Source of the DNA: an uncultured Longilinea sp.
Lineage (GTDB): Bacteria; Chloroflexota; Anaerolineae; Anaerolineales; Anaerolineaceae
DNA length: 34,878 bases
Reading direction: 5' to 3'
NCBI GenBank assembly: GCA_937863945.1
Contig: CALMIB010000097.1
Location: forward strand, 1 to 34,878
Each line of letters begins with the position of its first letter. Positions within the stretch are counted from its first letter, which is position 1. Of the stretch, positions 34,467 to 34,878 are shown in pieces. The notes beneath the pieces were generated by a model, which worked only from the letters and a program-made list of their open reading frames with translations, did no database searches and was not told the DNA's origin. Made by a program: the position numbers and the translations under genes.

Positions 34467-34878
34467 TTACAATTGCGCGGTGAAATGCGGGCAGGGGGGG
34501 GCCTTGATGGGGATGGCCGTCTGGAAGTTGGGGCTGTGTTTGGTGATGGGGGCGGCGGGGGCTTCGGGCTTCTTCATCTGATTGAAAGAGCGAACGATCA
34601 GAAAGATCACAAAGGCGACAATTAGAAAGTTGACAACGGTGTTGATGAAATTTCCGTAATTGATCGTCGCCGCGCCGGCGGCCTGGGCATCGGCCAGCGA
34701 GGCGTAGTCGCTGCCGGACAGGTTAATGAACAGGTCTTTGAAGTTGATCCTGCCCAGCAGCATGCCGATGGGCGGCATGATGATGTCGTTGACCAGCGAG
34801 GTGACGATGCTGCCGAACGCGCCGCCAATGATGACCGCGACGGCCAGATCGAGCACATTCCCTTTCATAATGAATTTT
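34467..34878 (-). CDS. mscL: Large-conductance mechanosensitive channel, 5' end outside the window
   Basis: [35 protein letters not shown]...[20 protein letters not shown]. Confidence 0.96.
   Translation of the reverse strand, partial: KFIMKGNVLDLAVAVIIGGAFGSIVTSLVNDIIMPPIGMLLGRINFKDLFINLSGSDYASLADAQAAGAATINYGNFINTVVNFLIVAFVIFLIVRSFNQMKKPEAPAAPITKHSPNFQTAIPIKAPPCPHFTAQL

Overview
This is a GC-rich bacterial chromosomal window, probably Chloroflexota/Anaerolineae (inferred from the YLPVV-type motif, a Tat lipoprotein, an MscL with a Zn-ribbon-like tail and the gene content). 1-11407 is a carbohydrate-utilisation operon: the end of a CBM-like gene, a Tat-lipoprotein sugar-binding protein, two CUT1 permeases, three different intact MalK-type ATPases, a DUF624/YesL-like membrane protein, a GH16 beta-1,3-glucanase, a PfkB kinase and a GH4 phospho-glycosidase. 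This is the best candidate for an undescribed system. Next come glgC (split by a 1-nt deletion), a P2A-type cation ATPase, a REP-like repeat cluster, pdxS-pdxT, a GNAT-like ORF lacking a canonical start, a Ycf45-like AAA+R3H protein, tmk, a DsbA-cyclophilin fusion lipoprotein, a PrsW-family protease, plsC and an ICMT-family methyltransferase. The rest holds comEC (minus strand), a secreted BNR beta-propeller protein, an internally deleted DUF3052-like minigene, a ComB-family phosphatase, a heterodimeric ABC exporter and a 5'-truncated mscL. I saw no tRNA, rRNA, CRISPR array or transposase. Family calls come from motif recognition by eye; no database search was run.
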